Below, one piece after another: positions 45,556 to 55,300 of a DNA stretch of 64,000 nucleotides (positions are counted from its first letter, which is position 1; each line of letters begins with the position of its first letter). Location: IMG/VR virus record IMGVR_UViG_3300045971_000895, positions 1 to 64,000 of that record; one strand, 5' to 3'. The notes beneath the pieces were generated by a model. That model was not told where the DNA came from. It saw nothing but the letters and a program-made list of their open reading frames with translations, and ran no database searches. Origin of the DNA: a virus. The position numbers and the translations under genes are program-made.

Positions 45556-48543
45556 ATGAACTCGCCGGCAGCGGCAGCTCTTCAGGTCGTTCCTACAGAT
45601 GCCGGGCTCTACCTCCGACCGCGCACAATGGTGCACCTCTTCTACCTCGACGAGAGGGTGACGGAGACGAAGAGTGGTCGGTCGGTCAGCCGCACGCTGC
45701 GGGACTACAGACTGCTCTTCTGCGGAGAGATCGTTGCCCAGTCGATGCAGCAGACGCCGCAGAGCCGTGGCTTGGTGCTCCAGTGCATCGACTTCTCCTC
45801 CTACTGGGACTCTGCCCACCTGACCGCCATCGAGTACGGGCCCGGCGGCAACTGGGCCACCCACTCGGCGGCGCTGTCAGGGTCCAACGCCGGCCTTGTG
45901 GACGACATCGTCAACCAGATGCCGGAGAAGTTGGTCCAGTGGCTCAGGCAGACCCCTCGCACGCCTGGGTTGGCGACGGTCGATGGCCTGGCCGGTGGCA
46001 TCATCCGCATGCTCGAGGCCATTGGTGGGGTGCCGGGGCACGAGCGCGGGGTGAACGACTTCTTCACGGTGGCCGAGCTGCGCTGCAAGCTGCTCCAGCA
46101 GATCACCGCCGAGGAAGATGACAACACCGCCTACAGGCTGCTCAAGGGCAAGGTCTTCGACGAGTGGGTGCGTAGCGGGCTCTCGAACATGGGGCAACAG
46201 GTCACGTTCCGCGACGTGATGAAGCTGCTCTTCCAGTACATCTACTACGAGGTGGTCCCCAACCCTGCCGCGAAGTACTCGCCGGCGGTTGGGGAGGGAG
46301 GGTCGAAGACGAACACGGGTACCTCTTCTCTTCTGAAGACCTCGGAGGGCGGGAGCGCCAAAGTCACCATCTCCGGCGTCATCCAGGACATGGGACTCTT
46401 CGTTGGGACCACCGAGGCTTCCGGGGACTGGAAGAACTACCTCTCGGCATTCTCCTCGCTAATCGCCGGAGCCAAGAAGAAGCTTTCGAAGCTGACAAGC
46501 GGAGAGATCGGGAAGGAAGCGCGGCAGGTGACGAGCTTCTTGGATGCGGCGTCTCAGAAGCTCGATGCCACCATGAAGGGGATCAAGCCGGGCATGTCGG
46601 TGGCCGGGTTGCCTGAGACGGGGCAGAGCCTGGATGCGGAGCTCAAGGCCATACTGGAGCCGTTGAAGTCTGCCCTGGAACTCATCACGAAGAGCCAGGA
46701 CCATGCGTACTCGGTCACCTACTCCACGGCGAGGACCGAGCGGCTCGGTTCACAGATCATCCGGCCCGACTGCTGGTTCGCTCCACCACCGGTATGCAAC
46801 GTCGTCTTCCCGGAGCAATACACTCAGCTCCAGTACGACAGGAACTTCCTCGGAGAGGTGACACGCACGCTGGTGTGGATGAGCAACACGCTGGTGGGGC
46901 CCGACAAGTTGCTCGCGGACAAGGTGCTTGCCCCGAACCCCACTTCATTCAAGGACACAGGATTGATGGGCGTGAAGGGTAGCTTGGGCTACCGGGAGTT
47001 GATGCCGCATGAGTACCACACAGGGATCGTGCCTCGCGAAGAGTGGCTGCCGAACACGGCGGCGACGTCGGCGGAAGGGCAGAGGCCCGCGACGGAAGCG
47101 GCGGGTTACGGGGATGTACTGTCCTGGGGTCAACGGACGGCGCTGTACCTCTTCTACAAGTACCGGTTCGCCCAGCGCTCAGCCTCCCTCGGCGGCCGGT
47201 TCAATCCTGGCCTCGTCTGCGGGTTCCCTGCTCTCGTGATTCGAGGACCGTACTCGCCCCCGGCCATGAACCTCACGGAGGCGCTCGACAACGCGGACGC
47301 GCTCGGCGCTCCTGTGCACCTGCTTGGCATGATCGGAACGTTGAGCCACTCCGTGGGGCAGGATGGAGGGACGTCTTCCTTCTCGCTGCACCACGTCAGG
47401 CACCACAACGGTTCCGACGATGAGTACCTGAACCTCATCAGAGGTCTCCGCACCACCTCCCATACCTACGAGGAGGACTTGTCTCTCGCCAAGATCAACG
47501 CCATGCCGGCGGGGGCCGACAAGAAGAAGAGGCTGGACTTCCTCGTCGGCTGCACCACACAAGGGAACACGCCACCTCCTCCACCCGTGGCCAAGGCGGA
47601 CGCCAAGGGCGGCAACTTGGTAGAGGTCGAGGAGTCAGACGACCAGATCCCACCAGATGGCACCACCAAGTCTGGGAGGGTCTACATCCCGACCAACTGC
47701 CGCATCAAGAGAGGGATGCCCGGCCTCTACGGCAAGGGGAAGGTCGCCTCCATCATCGTGGTGAAGCCCACTCGGAGCAAGGTCGATGGAGGTCTCGCTT
47801 TCGACCAGGTGAAGGTCTCTTGGGTGCAGGACCAGGAGCTGCCGGTGGCGCAGCCCATCGAGCTCATCCTTCGCCCCAGGTCCTGGTTCTCGCCGAAGTA
47901 CTCCAACGAGCTCGTGGGTCAGGAGATCTACCAGCCCTTCTTCGGCTGCAACTCCATCATCGACGAGTTCAAGGCGACCGTTGGAGACACCTCTTCCTCG
48001 CCAGATGCGCCGGCAGCCGTCGAGGAGGACGGGAAGTACAAGCTCGACTCCTCGACCACCACAGTCGAAAGCGCAGAGCTCAACTACGCCGACAAGATGA
48101 AGCACAGCGTGGAGCGCTCGGCCAACGCTCTTGCCTACCTCTACGGCAAGGTGAAGGAGCTGCGAGGGGACGTCGAGGACTTCATCCAGCAGTACACCTA
48201 CCGCCCCATCGCCACGAAGGAAGAGATCCTCGGGTCGGATGACCTCGAGTTCGACGTCTTCACCAACGGCTCGGTGGAGGCCAAGACGGTGCAGGCTCCT
48301 GGGGGTGTCGGTCCTCCCTACGTCCCGACGGTGGGCTTCCACAGCACGGCGGTCCACCAGCAGATCGTGGAAAGCAAGGTCCCGCTGGCCGGGCTGGTGA
48401 AGGACTACGCCACCAAGCTCACCCGCATCAACTCAACCGGGCAGCCCACGGAGATCCAGGCGAAGTACGACGTGCGCCAGGACAAGCGGGGCAGGGTGAT
48501 GGACTACTACACCTCCCTGAGCAAGAGAGGCCTCAGAGGTTAG
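45556..48543 (+). CDS. large virion structural protein (tail-tip, baseplate or hub candidate)
   Basis: 995 aa. Same frame as the previous gene, with only one TAG between them; no Shine-Dalgarno before the annotated ATG. Confidence 0.6.
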   Translation: MNSPAAAALQVVPTDAGLYLRPRTMVHLFYLDERVTETKSGRSVSRTLRDYRLLFCGEIVAQSMQQTPQSRGLVLQCIDFSSYWDSAHLTAIEYGPGGNWATHSAALSGSNAGLVDDIVNQMPEKLVQWLRQTPRTPGLATVDGLAGGIIRMLEAIGGVPGHERGVNDFFTVAELRCKLLQQITAEEDDNTAYRLLKGKVFDEWVRSGLSNMGQQVTFRDVMKLLFQYIYYEVVPNPAAKYSPAVGEGGSKTNTGTSSLLKTSEGGSAKVTISGVIQDMGLFVGTTEASGDWKNYLSAFSSLIAGAKKKLSKLTSGEIGKEARQVTSFLDAASQKLDATMKGIKPGMSVAGLPETGQSLDAELKAILEPLKSALELITKSQDHAYSVTYSTARTERLGSQIIRPDCWFAPPPVCNVVFPEQYTQLQYDRNFLGEVTRTLVWMSNTLVGPDKLLADKVLAPNPTSFKDTGLMGVKGSLGYRELMPHEYHTGIVPREEWLPNTAATSAEGQRPATEAAGYGDVLSWGQRTALYLFYKYRFAQRSASLGGRFNPGLVCGFPALVIRGPYSPPAMNLTEALDNADALGAPVHLLGMIGTLSHSVGQDGGTSSFSLHHVRHHNGSDDEYLNLIRGLRTTSHTYEEDLSLAKINAMPAGADKKKRLDFLVGCTTQGNTPPPPPVAKADAKGGNLVEVEESDDQIPPDGTTKSGRVYIPTNCRIKRGMPGLYGKGKVASIIVVKPTRSKVDGGLAFDQVKVSWVQDQELPVAQPIELILRPRSWFSPKYSNELVGQEIYQPFFGCNSIIDEFKATVGDTSSSPDAPAAVEEDGKYKLDSSTTTVESAELNYADKMKHSVERSANALAYLYGKVKELRGDVEDFIQQYTYRPIATKEEILGSDDLEFDVFTNGSVEAKTVQAPGGVGPPYVPTVGFHSTAVHQQIVESKVPLAGLVKDYATKLTRINSTGQPTEIQAKYDVRQDKRGRVMDYYTSLSKRGLRG

Positions 48544-48595
48544 CGTTCCCAACCCACGGGGCCTGGTGTAACGTGCCCAGAAGAGGAGACTTCGC

Positions 48596-49249
48596 ATGGA
48601 CCTGAACGACATCCAGCAGCTGGCCTTCCAGGACGAGTTTCACAAGATCGCCAAGTCGAAGAACGTGGCGAAGAACCTCGCACGGATCATGAACATGAGC
48701 CCGGCCAAGATCCATGGGGATGCGCGGCTGAAGTGGGCCACTTACCGTGGCATGGCTCACGACCTCGGTCGCCCCGAAGGCAAGCAGCTCGCGCTCGCAG
48801 GCAAGGGCAGCGTCGTCGGCACCAAGGGCTCGAAGTCTTCCCAGTTCGGGCAGAACTCGAAGGAGCGGGCCGACGAAGTGATGTCGAAGATGAAGGAGTA
48901 CAAGGGCCGCGAGACCCCCTACAAGCTCGACCCCAAGGGCCGTGACGCGGTGGACAAGGTCAAGAAGGCCGGCGAGTCCCGCATCGGCCGCAAGCCCATC
49001 GGCATCGAGAAGCTGCTGGAGAACGAGGCCGAGGTCACAGGCCTCCCCGAGAACTTCACCGTGGCCCCCGAGCTGGTCGAGACCGCCGAGACGGCGGCCA
49101 AGGCCCTCGTGAAGATGGCTCTCTCCTCGACGGCCTCCAAGCGGTTGGGCCTCCTCGCGGCCGGCGGCGCCGGCGCCCTCGTGGCGCGGCAGGCCAAGGA
49201 AGACCACAAGCTCGGTCGGATGGTCCGCAAGCAGCAGGGCCAGCAGTAG
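48596..49249 (+). CDS. hypothetical protein
   Basis: 217-aa ORF. Confidence 0.5.
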   Translation: MDLNDIQQLAFQDEFHKIAKSKNVAKNLARIMNMSPAKIHGDARLKWATYRGMAHDLGRPEGKQLALAGKGSVVGTKGSKSSQFGQNSKERADEVMSKMKEYKGRETPYKLDPKGRDAVDKVKKAGESRIGRKPIGIEKLLENEAEVTGLPENFTVAPELVETAETAAKALVKMALSSTASKRLGLLAAGGAGALVARQAKEDHKLGRMVRKQQGQQ

Positions 49250-49262
49250 CACCGGAGGTCTC

Positions 49263-49886
49263 GTGTACCGAGAGGTCCTCCACGGCGCGTTCCTGGACGA
49301 GCTCCAGAAGATCAGCGAGGTGAGCCTCGCTGGTCTCTCGCATGAATCCGTCCAGCGACTGGCAGCCCCAGCGCAGCCGATGGAGACCGCGGGTCTCACG
49401 AAGGCCCTTGCCGTGCTCGCGCGTTACGAGGGGATGCCGAAGATGGCATTCGTCAGCGGCGTCTCGAACCCCGAACTCCCGCAGATGCGGAGAGTGACCG
49501 GCATCAAGCGGGGCAAGAAGAACGACAAGGGAGCGGTCGAGCAGGGCAAGAACCTGGCCGGCTACACCGCCGGGGGCTTGGGCATCGGTCGCCTCGCCGG
49601 ATACGTGGCACACGGCCCACACGCCGCGATCACCGAGGCCGCGAAGAAGTCGGCTCACGGCAAGATGTGGTGGGGCACCGTGGCTGGCGGCGCTCTCGGA
49701 GCGGCGGAGTACGCGCGCAAGCGGCTCAAGGAACGGAAGGCTGCCGGTCAAGAGAAGAAGGCTGCCCTCGTCCCCACCGTGCAATCCCCTGCGAAGCAGC
49801 TGCACTACGGCCAGCAGACGGGGAAGACCCAGGCTCGCGGTCTGAAGTCTGGTCCCTCCATCCACCGTCTCGCCACCAAGATCTAG
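49263..49886 (+). CDS. hypothetical protein
   Basis: GTG start behind GGAGG. Confidence 0.5.
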   Translation: MYREVLHGAFLDELQKISEVSLAGLSHESVQRLAAPAQPMETAGLTKALAVLARYEGMPKMAFVSGVSNPELPQMRRVTGIKRGKKNDKGAVEQGKNLAGYTAGGLGIGRLAGYVAHGPHAAITEAAKKSAHGKMWWGTVAGGALGAAEYARKRLKERKAAGQEKKAALVPTVQSPAKQLHYGQQTGKTQARGLKSGPSIHRLATKI

Positions 49887-49895
49887 GAGACCACC

Positions 49896-50429
49896 ATGAA
49901 GCTCCGCCTCAAGAAGACCGCTGGTCGCTACGACACCGACGCCCCCTACCAGTCGGCGCACGTGCCCAGCGTCCCCGAGAACATGGCCTCCCAGCGGGAC
50001 CGCGAAGAGCTCGACCGGTTCCACACAACCCTGGACTCCCGCGTGGACACTCAGGCGACTCTGAAGAAGCTCTTCGGCTACGCCACCACCTCCCGTGAGA
50101 AGGAGCGCGCCAAGGCGAAGAAGCTCTTCACGCAGGCAGGCGTGGCCTCCACCAACTCTCCCGGCCTCCAGCCGAACGTGCTGGAGACTCCGGCGCTCGA
50201 GTCGGACGCCGGACAGGCTCCTGCCGTGAAGACTGCCTCGATGGAGCCGGCCTACTCGATCACCCCGCGCATCGACGCCTGGTTCGAGAAGAACGCCAGC
50301 TCCCTCCTCACCGAGGCGCAGCGGCGCTACCCCGAGCTGCTGAAGGTGGCCGCCATCCCGTCTCCGACCCTGAAGAAGGGGAAGAGCACTCCGGCCGTCG
50401 CGAGCAGCCTCTCTGGCGGCAGCGCCTAG
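49896..50429 (+). CDS. hypothetical protein
   Basis: 177-aa ORF. Confidence 0.5.
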   Translation: MKLRLKKTAGRYDTDAPYQSAHVPSVPENMASQRDREELDRFHTTLDSRVDTQATLKKLFGYATTSREKERAKAKKLFTQAGVASTNSPGLQPNVLETPALESDAGQAPAVKTASMEPAYSITPRIDAWFEKNASSLLTEAQRRYPELLKVAAIPSPTLKKGKSTPAVASSLSGGSA

Positions 50430-50433
50430 CGCC

Positions 50434-51297
50434 ATGATCGAGGTCTCGGACACAAGTCCGGACCTGGACTGGGTCCTGGGGAAGCTCGCGGCCGCCAAGA
50501 AGCAGGCGCCCGTGGCTTCCCCTGCGGCTTCTCCAGAGCAGAAGAAGCTGGACCTCCGGGCGAAGCAGCCGAAGGAGCTCGAACTCTGGAAGACGTGGAA
50601 GGATGGGGGCCAGAAGCCTCACCTCCTCGAGCCTCTCCTGAAGTCCTTCGCGCCCCTCATCAACTCGCGCATCAACCTCTACAAGAGGGCGGAGATCCCC
50701 ACCGCGGCGCTCGAGCAGGAGCACCACAAGTGGTTCTTGAAGGGGCTTCAGACCTTCGACCCCTCCAAGGGCGCCGCGCTCAACACGCACCTCACCACCA
50801 ACCTGAAGAAGGCCGGGCGGTGGATCGAGGCCAACAAGAACTTCGCGTACATCCCCGAGAACGTCTCGCGCAACATCGGCGCATACAAGGCGTTCAAGGG
50901 AGAGCTGGGTGAGCGTCTGGGGTACGAGCCGGACGACAAGACCATCCTCGACTTCGCCATCAAGGAGAAGCACCCGAAGCTGGGCGTGCTCTCCTTGAAA
51001 GACATCAAGCGCATCAACACCGACCAGCGCAAGGGCCTCATCGAGAAGGGGCATGAGGACGACCTCCTCTCCAACAGCACCGTCGACCCGCGGGAGGTCG
51101 AGGTGGCGCACCTCATCATTCCGCAGCTCACCCCACAGGAGCGGCTCGTCCACGAGCACACGCTGGGGCTGAACGGGAAGGCGCAGCTCAAGCCTGGGGC
51201 CATCGCCAAGAAGCTGAAGATGGACAACTCCAAGGTGGCGAAGCTGCGCTCTTCGATCTGGAACAAGATGAAGCCCTACCTCGGGACAGATCCATGA
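50434..51297 (+). CDS. sigma-70-family RNA polymerase sigma factor (regions 2, 3 and 4)
   Basis: Region 2: FLKGLQTFDPSKGAALNTHLTTNLKKAGRWI. Region 3: RNIGAYK. Region 4 HTH: LTPQERLVHEHTLGLNGKAQLKPGAIAKKLKMDNSKVAKLRSSIWNKMK. Confidence 0.65.
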   Translation: MIEVSDTSPDLDWVLGKLAAAKKQAPVASPAASPEQKKLDLRAKQPKELELWKTWKDGGQKPHLLEPLLKSFAPLINSRINLYKRAEIPTAALEQEHHKWFLKGLQTFDPSKGAALNTHLTTNLKKAGRWIEANKNFAYIPENVSRNIGAYKAFKGELGERLGYEPDDKTILDFAIKEKHPKLGVLSLKDIKRINTDQRKGLIEKGHEDDLLSNSTVDPREVEVAHLIIPQLTPQERLVHEHTLGLNGKAQLKPGAIAKKLKMDNSKVAKLRSSIWNKMKPYLGTDP

Positions 51298-51500
51298 CGA
51301 AGATAGAGCGACTGACTCGTCTCCAAAAGGCCACCGACGACTACGTGGACCAGGAGCTGAAGCGCATCGACGAAGAGGTGGTCGTCCTCGAGGACGTTCT
51401 GAAGGCCCGTCGCGCAGGACAGGGGGCCGCCACAGATGCAGTTGCTCCCGCCAGCGCGATCGCAGAGGCAGACCTCGATGCGTACTTGAGGGGAGCGTAA
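51294..51500 (+). CDS. small protein downstream of the sigma factor (anti-sigma or regulator candidate)
   Basis: ATGA overlap with the sigma gene. Confidence 0.4.
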   Translation: MTKIERLTRLQKATDDYVDQELKRIDEEVVVLEDVLKARRAGQGAATDAVAPASAIAEADLDAYLRGA

Positions 51501-51502
51501 TC

Positions 51503-51826
51503 GTGGAGGAACTCTTCCAGCTCATCATCAAGTCCTACGGGCTCCTCGGGCTCGTCATGCTCTCGCCCTTCGTGGCGCTGAAGTTCATGTGGAGCCACGC
51601 CAAGGACCTCCAGAAGGACTTGAAGGCGGCCAACGAGCGGATCAACGAGACGCACTCCCGCCGGGTCGAGGACTCGAAGGAGATTGCCGACAAGCTCATG
51701 GAGATGATCAAGGAGCACGCCGAGCTCTCGAAGGAGACCAACATCGCCCTCGAGCGAGTCGGCGACATGCTCTCTGTGCTCCAGAACACAGGCGTCAGCT
51801 ACATGAGGCACAACGGGGGACGTTGA
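51503..51826 (+). CDS. membrane protein (one N-terminal transmembrane helix)
   Basis: GTG start; hydrophobic N-terminus GLLGLVMLSPFVALKF. Confidence 0.45.
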   Translation: MEELFQLIIKSYGLLGLVMLSPFVALKFMWSHAKDLQKDLKAANERINETHSRRVEDSKEIADKLMEMIKEHAELSKETNIALERVGDMLSVLQNTGVSYMRHNGGR

Positions 51827-51837
51827 GAGGATGAGTC

Positions 51838-52017
51838 ATGCACTACGGACGAAAGCAGTCATCTGCTTTGCACCTCCAGCCCCCTGAGCTGGAGTCCGAT
51901 CCCAAGCTGAAGCTCGCCATGGAGTCCATGGACCAGCTCATCCGCGCGGCCAAGGCCAACCGGACAAAGGTGAAGGAGCTCGAAGTCCAGATCGCGAACT
52001 TCACCAAGCAGAGGTAG
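51838..52017 (+). CDS. hypothetical 59-aa protein (absent from the ORF track)
   Basis: ATG behind a GAGAGGA Shine-Dalgarno; high GC3; read directly from the sequence. Confidence 0.3.
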   Translation: MHYGRKQSSALHLQPPELESDPKLKLAMESMDQLIRAAKANRTKVKELEVQIANFTKQR

Positions 52018-52020
52018 CCG

Positions 52021-52275
52021 ATGTTCTTCCAGCGGTGGAGGGCCGAGCGTAAGGCTCGGGAAGAGACGAAGCGCCGGCTCAGGGAGGTCGTCATCACTGC
52101 GACCGCCATCAAGGGCCTCGACATTCCCCTCAAGGAGCCGACCGAGGAGCAGTATTCGGCCACCGCCTCCTTCGCCATCGTGAAGAAGTCTGTCGAACAG
52201 GCCACGGAAGCAAAGCGCACCGCCAGAGGTGCTGCCCAGCGTATTCTGGGGATGTTCGAGAAGACCAAGAAGTAG
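52021..52275 (+). CDS. hypothetical protein
   Basis: 84-aa ORF. Confidence 0.4.
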   Translation: MFFQRWRAERKAREETKRRLREVVITATAIKGLDIPLKEPTEEQYSATASFAIVKKSVEQATEAKRTARGAAQRILGMFEKTKK

Positions 52276-52351
52276 CGTGGCAACTTTGCTCTACGCAGCG
52301 GAGTGCTCGCCCCGTAGACTGTAAACGGCCCGTCTCCAGAGGTACGCACCG

Positions 52352-55300
52352 GTGGCACTCCGAATCCCGAAGTTCATCCAGGACTTGCTCAACGTCCCCA
52401 CCGGGGCGCCGAACCATTACCTGCGATGGGATCCTCTGGCGAAGGAGATCATCAACGACCCCGGAGTCGGCGGTGGCAGCGTCGGCCCCACTGGGCCACA
52501 AGGTCCGACCGGTCCCCCGGGGTACATCGGACTGGATGGCGCGACTGGGCCAATGGGTCCGGCCGGCGTCACGGGACCACGGGGCGCCACGGGGGTCGGT
52601 GCATCGGACCCCAAGGTGCTCATGGTCGCGAAGGCGGGGGCGCCGTTCACCTCCGTGAAGGCCGCGGTCGACTCCATCCTCGACGCTTCTTCGACCAACC
52701 TCTACGTCGTCGAGGTCGGCCCCGGGGTCTACACCGAAGCGCCTTTCACCATTCCTGCCTACGTCACGGTGAAGGGGGTCGGCACTTGGACCTCCGTCGT
52801 TCTTGAGACGAGCGACAACAACAATCACTTCATCTCGCTCTCTGCCAACGGCACGCTGTCCCACGCGTCTCTGGTCGGGCCCACAGGTGTCGGGTTCGCC
52901 GCCATCGACTACACCTCCCCGGGCTTCTCTCCAGGCCTCCTCTACCACCTGGTCATCAAGAAGGGGTACTACGGCATCTGGGTCCACCCGTCATCGTACG
53001 GCACGCTTCATGCGCACGAGGTGGTGAACCAGTACGCCGGCTCGCCGATCCAAGAGTTCATCCGAGCCTCCGGCGCCGGCAACGCAACGCTGCTCTCGTG
53101 CTCGTACATGGCGGGCCCTCCAAGCTCTGTCATCAAGGGCTTTGTCGCAGACGGCGCCGCCACCATCACCATGGATGTGTGCGCGTTCCGTTGTTCGGGA
53201 GCAACGGACGCCGTCTTCGTCGACAACGGTGGCAAGGTCCGACTCAACGCGTGCACCATCTCCGATGCAGTCAACGCCCTGCACATCGGAGCGAACGGGA
53301 CCGGCTCCTCGATCATTGGAGCCGGCTGCGTCATCGGCGACGCCGTCACGACGGACATCTTCATCGAGTCGGCCTCTGGATCGGTCGAGTACGGCGGGCG
53401 GGCTGATCGCGCCAAGATGCTCAACCCGGCCAACGGCTCTCTGCACGGGTCGTTCTCTTCTTTGGCTTCTGGCACGACGGTCTGGGGCGAGCTCTTCCTG
53501 GGCTCGGCCACACAGGACTTCCCGCTCTCCGAGTTCGCCACCTCCAACCGGCAGACGGCGCTGTACCAAGGAGGCGCCGTCACTCGCGGCGCAGGGCGGA
53601 ACCTGGACATCTCTGCGGGCAAGGGCTTCGTCGTCGTCGGCACCACGATGGTGGCCGTGACGTGGGGTGCCACGACGCTGACAGTCCCCGCGGGCGTGGA
53701 GCGCCACGTCGTTGTCGACCAGGCCGGGGTGGTCTCGTTGGCGGTGACGGAACCGAACCCGCGCAACGTCATCGTGTTGGCCGAGGCGGTGGCGAACGCG
53801 ACGACCGTCTACTTCCTCACGAACTACCCGGTCTACATCCCGAACAACCTGGCCTCCCTCCAAGCGTACCTGCTCGAGGTGATCGGCCCGATGAACTACA
53901 CGGGCGGCGACGTCACGAAGCACGCCGCCACCTCTCTTCAGCTCGACGTCTCGGCGTCCGAGTACTACCTGGCGCTGCTGGAGAAGATCTCTGCGCCAGC
54001 GTCCATCGCCAACTTCACGGCGATGTACCGGGACGGCGCCGGAGGGTGGACGACGGTTGCCGGCCAGAGCTCCATCGACACCAGCCTCTACGACAACGGA
54101 ACCGGAACGCTCGCTCCGATTCCTGCGAATCTCTTCAAGCGCGACCTCCTCTTCGTCAACGTCAACGACGTCGGCACCGAGTTCTTCCTGGTCTACGGAC
54201 AGGAGACCTTCGACAACTTCGACCTCGCCCTCAACAATCCACTGTCTCCGTCCTTCCTCGAGACGCTGGCGTGTCGCTTGGCGGGCATCGTGGTCGCACA
54301 GGGGGCGAGCGACATCTCCCTCATCGTCGACCAGCGGCCGCACATTGGTCAGCTCTCGACGGCGGTCTCTGGCCAGCCAGGGCCTCAGGGTGTGACGGGA
54401 GCGACGGGGCCTCAGGGCCCAGCTGGGCCGACAGGTCTTCAGGGCCCGACGGGCAGCCAGGGTTTGACCGGGCCTCAGGGAGTCACCGGGGTCACCGGGC
54501 CGGCAGGCCCGCAAGGCCCCACCGGTGCCGCCATCACCGGCGCGCTGGGCCCCACCGGGGCCCGCGGCGCCACGGGGGTGACTGGGGCGGCAGGCCCGGC
54601 CGGCTCTACGGGAGCGACTGGGCCTGCGGGCTCGCAGGGAGCGACTGGCGCGACGGGCCCCACCGGCCCACAAGGAGCACAGGGACCAACCGGAGCGGCC
54701 ATCACTGGAGCGCAAGGCCCGACAGGGGCTCGTGGCGCTACCGGTGCCACCGGTCCGATGGGCCCGGGCAGTCCTTCGGCGGGCCCACAAGGTTCTCCTG
54801 GTGCGACCGGCCCGGCCGGTCCGCAGGGTGTCACTGGGGCTACCGGCCCCACAGGGCCAGCAGGCGCGACAGGGGCCGCGATCACTGGCGCGGTGGGGCC
54901 GACGGGTGCAGTCGGGCCGACCGGGGATCATGGCGTCGACGGAGTGACGGGCGCCACCGGACCTCAGGGCCCTCAGGGCGTCACTGGCGCGACTGGGCCT
55001 CAGGGAGCTCAGGGAGTGACCGGGGCCACCGGACCTACCGGCGCCCGCGGCGCCACAGGCATCACCGGTGCTACCGGCCCCACGGGGGCCGTCGGTCCGC
55101 AGGGAACCACGGGTGCCACCGGGCCGCTGGGGCCTCAGGGGCCGACAGGGGCTGCCATCACCGGGGCGCAGGGGCCGCAGGGCGTGACGGGTGCCACAGG
55201 GCCTGTGGGCCCTGCTGGGGCGACGGGCGCAGCCATCACGGGGGCACAGGGACCGACGGGCGCTCAAGGGCCGCAGGGAGCCACAGGCGTGACGGGCCCG

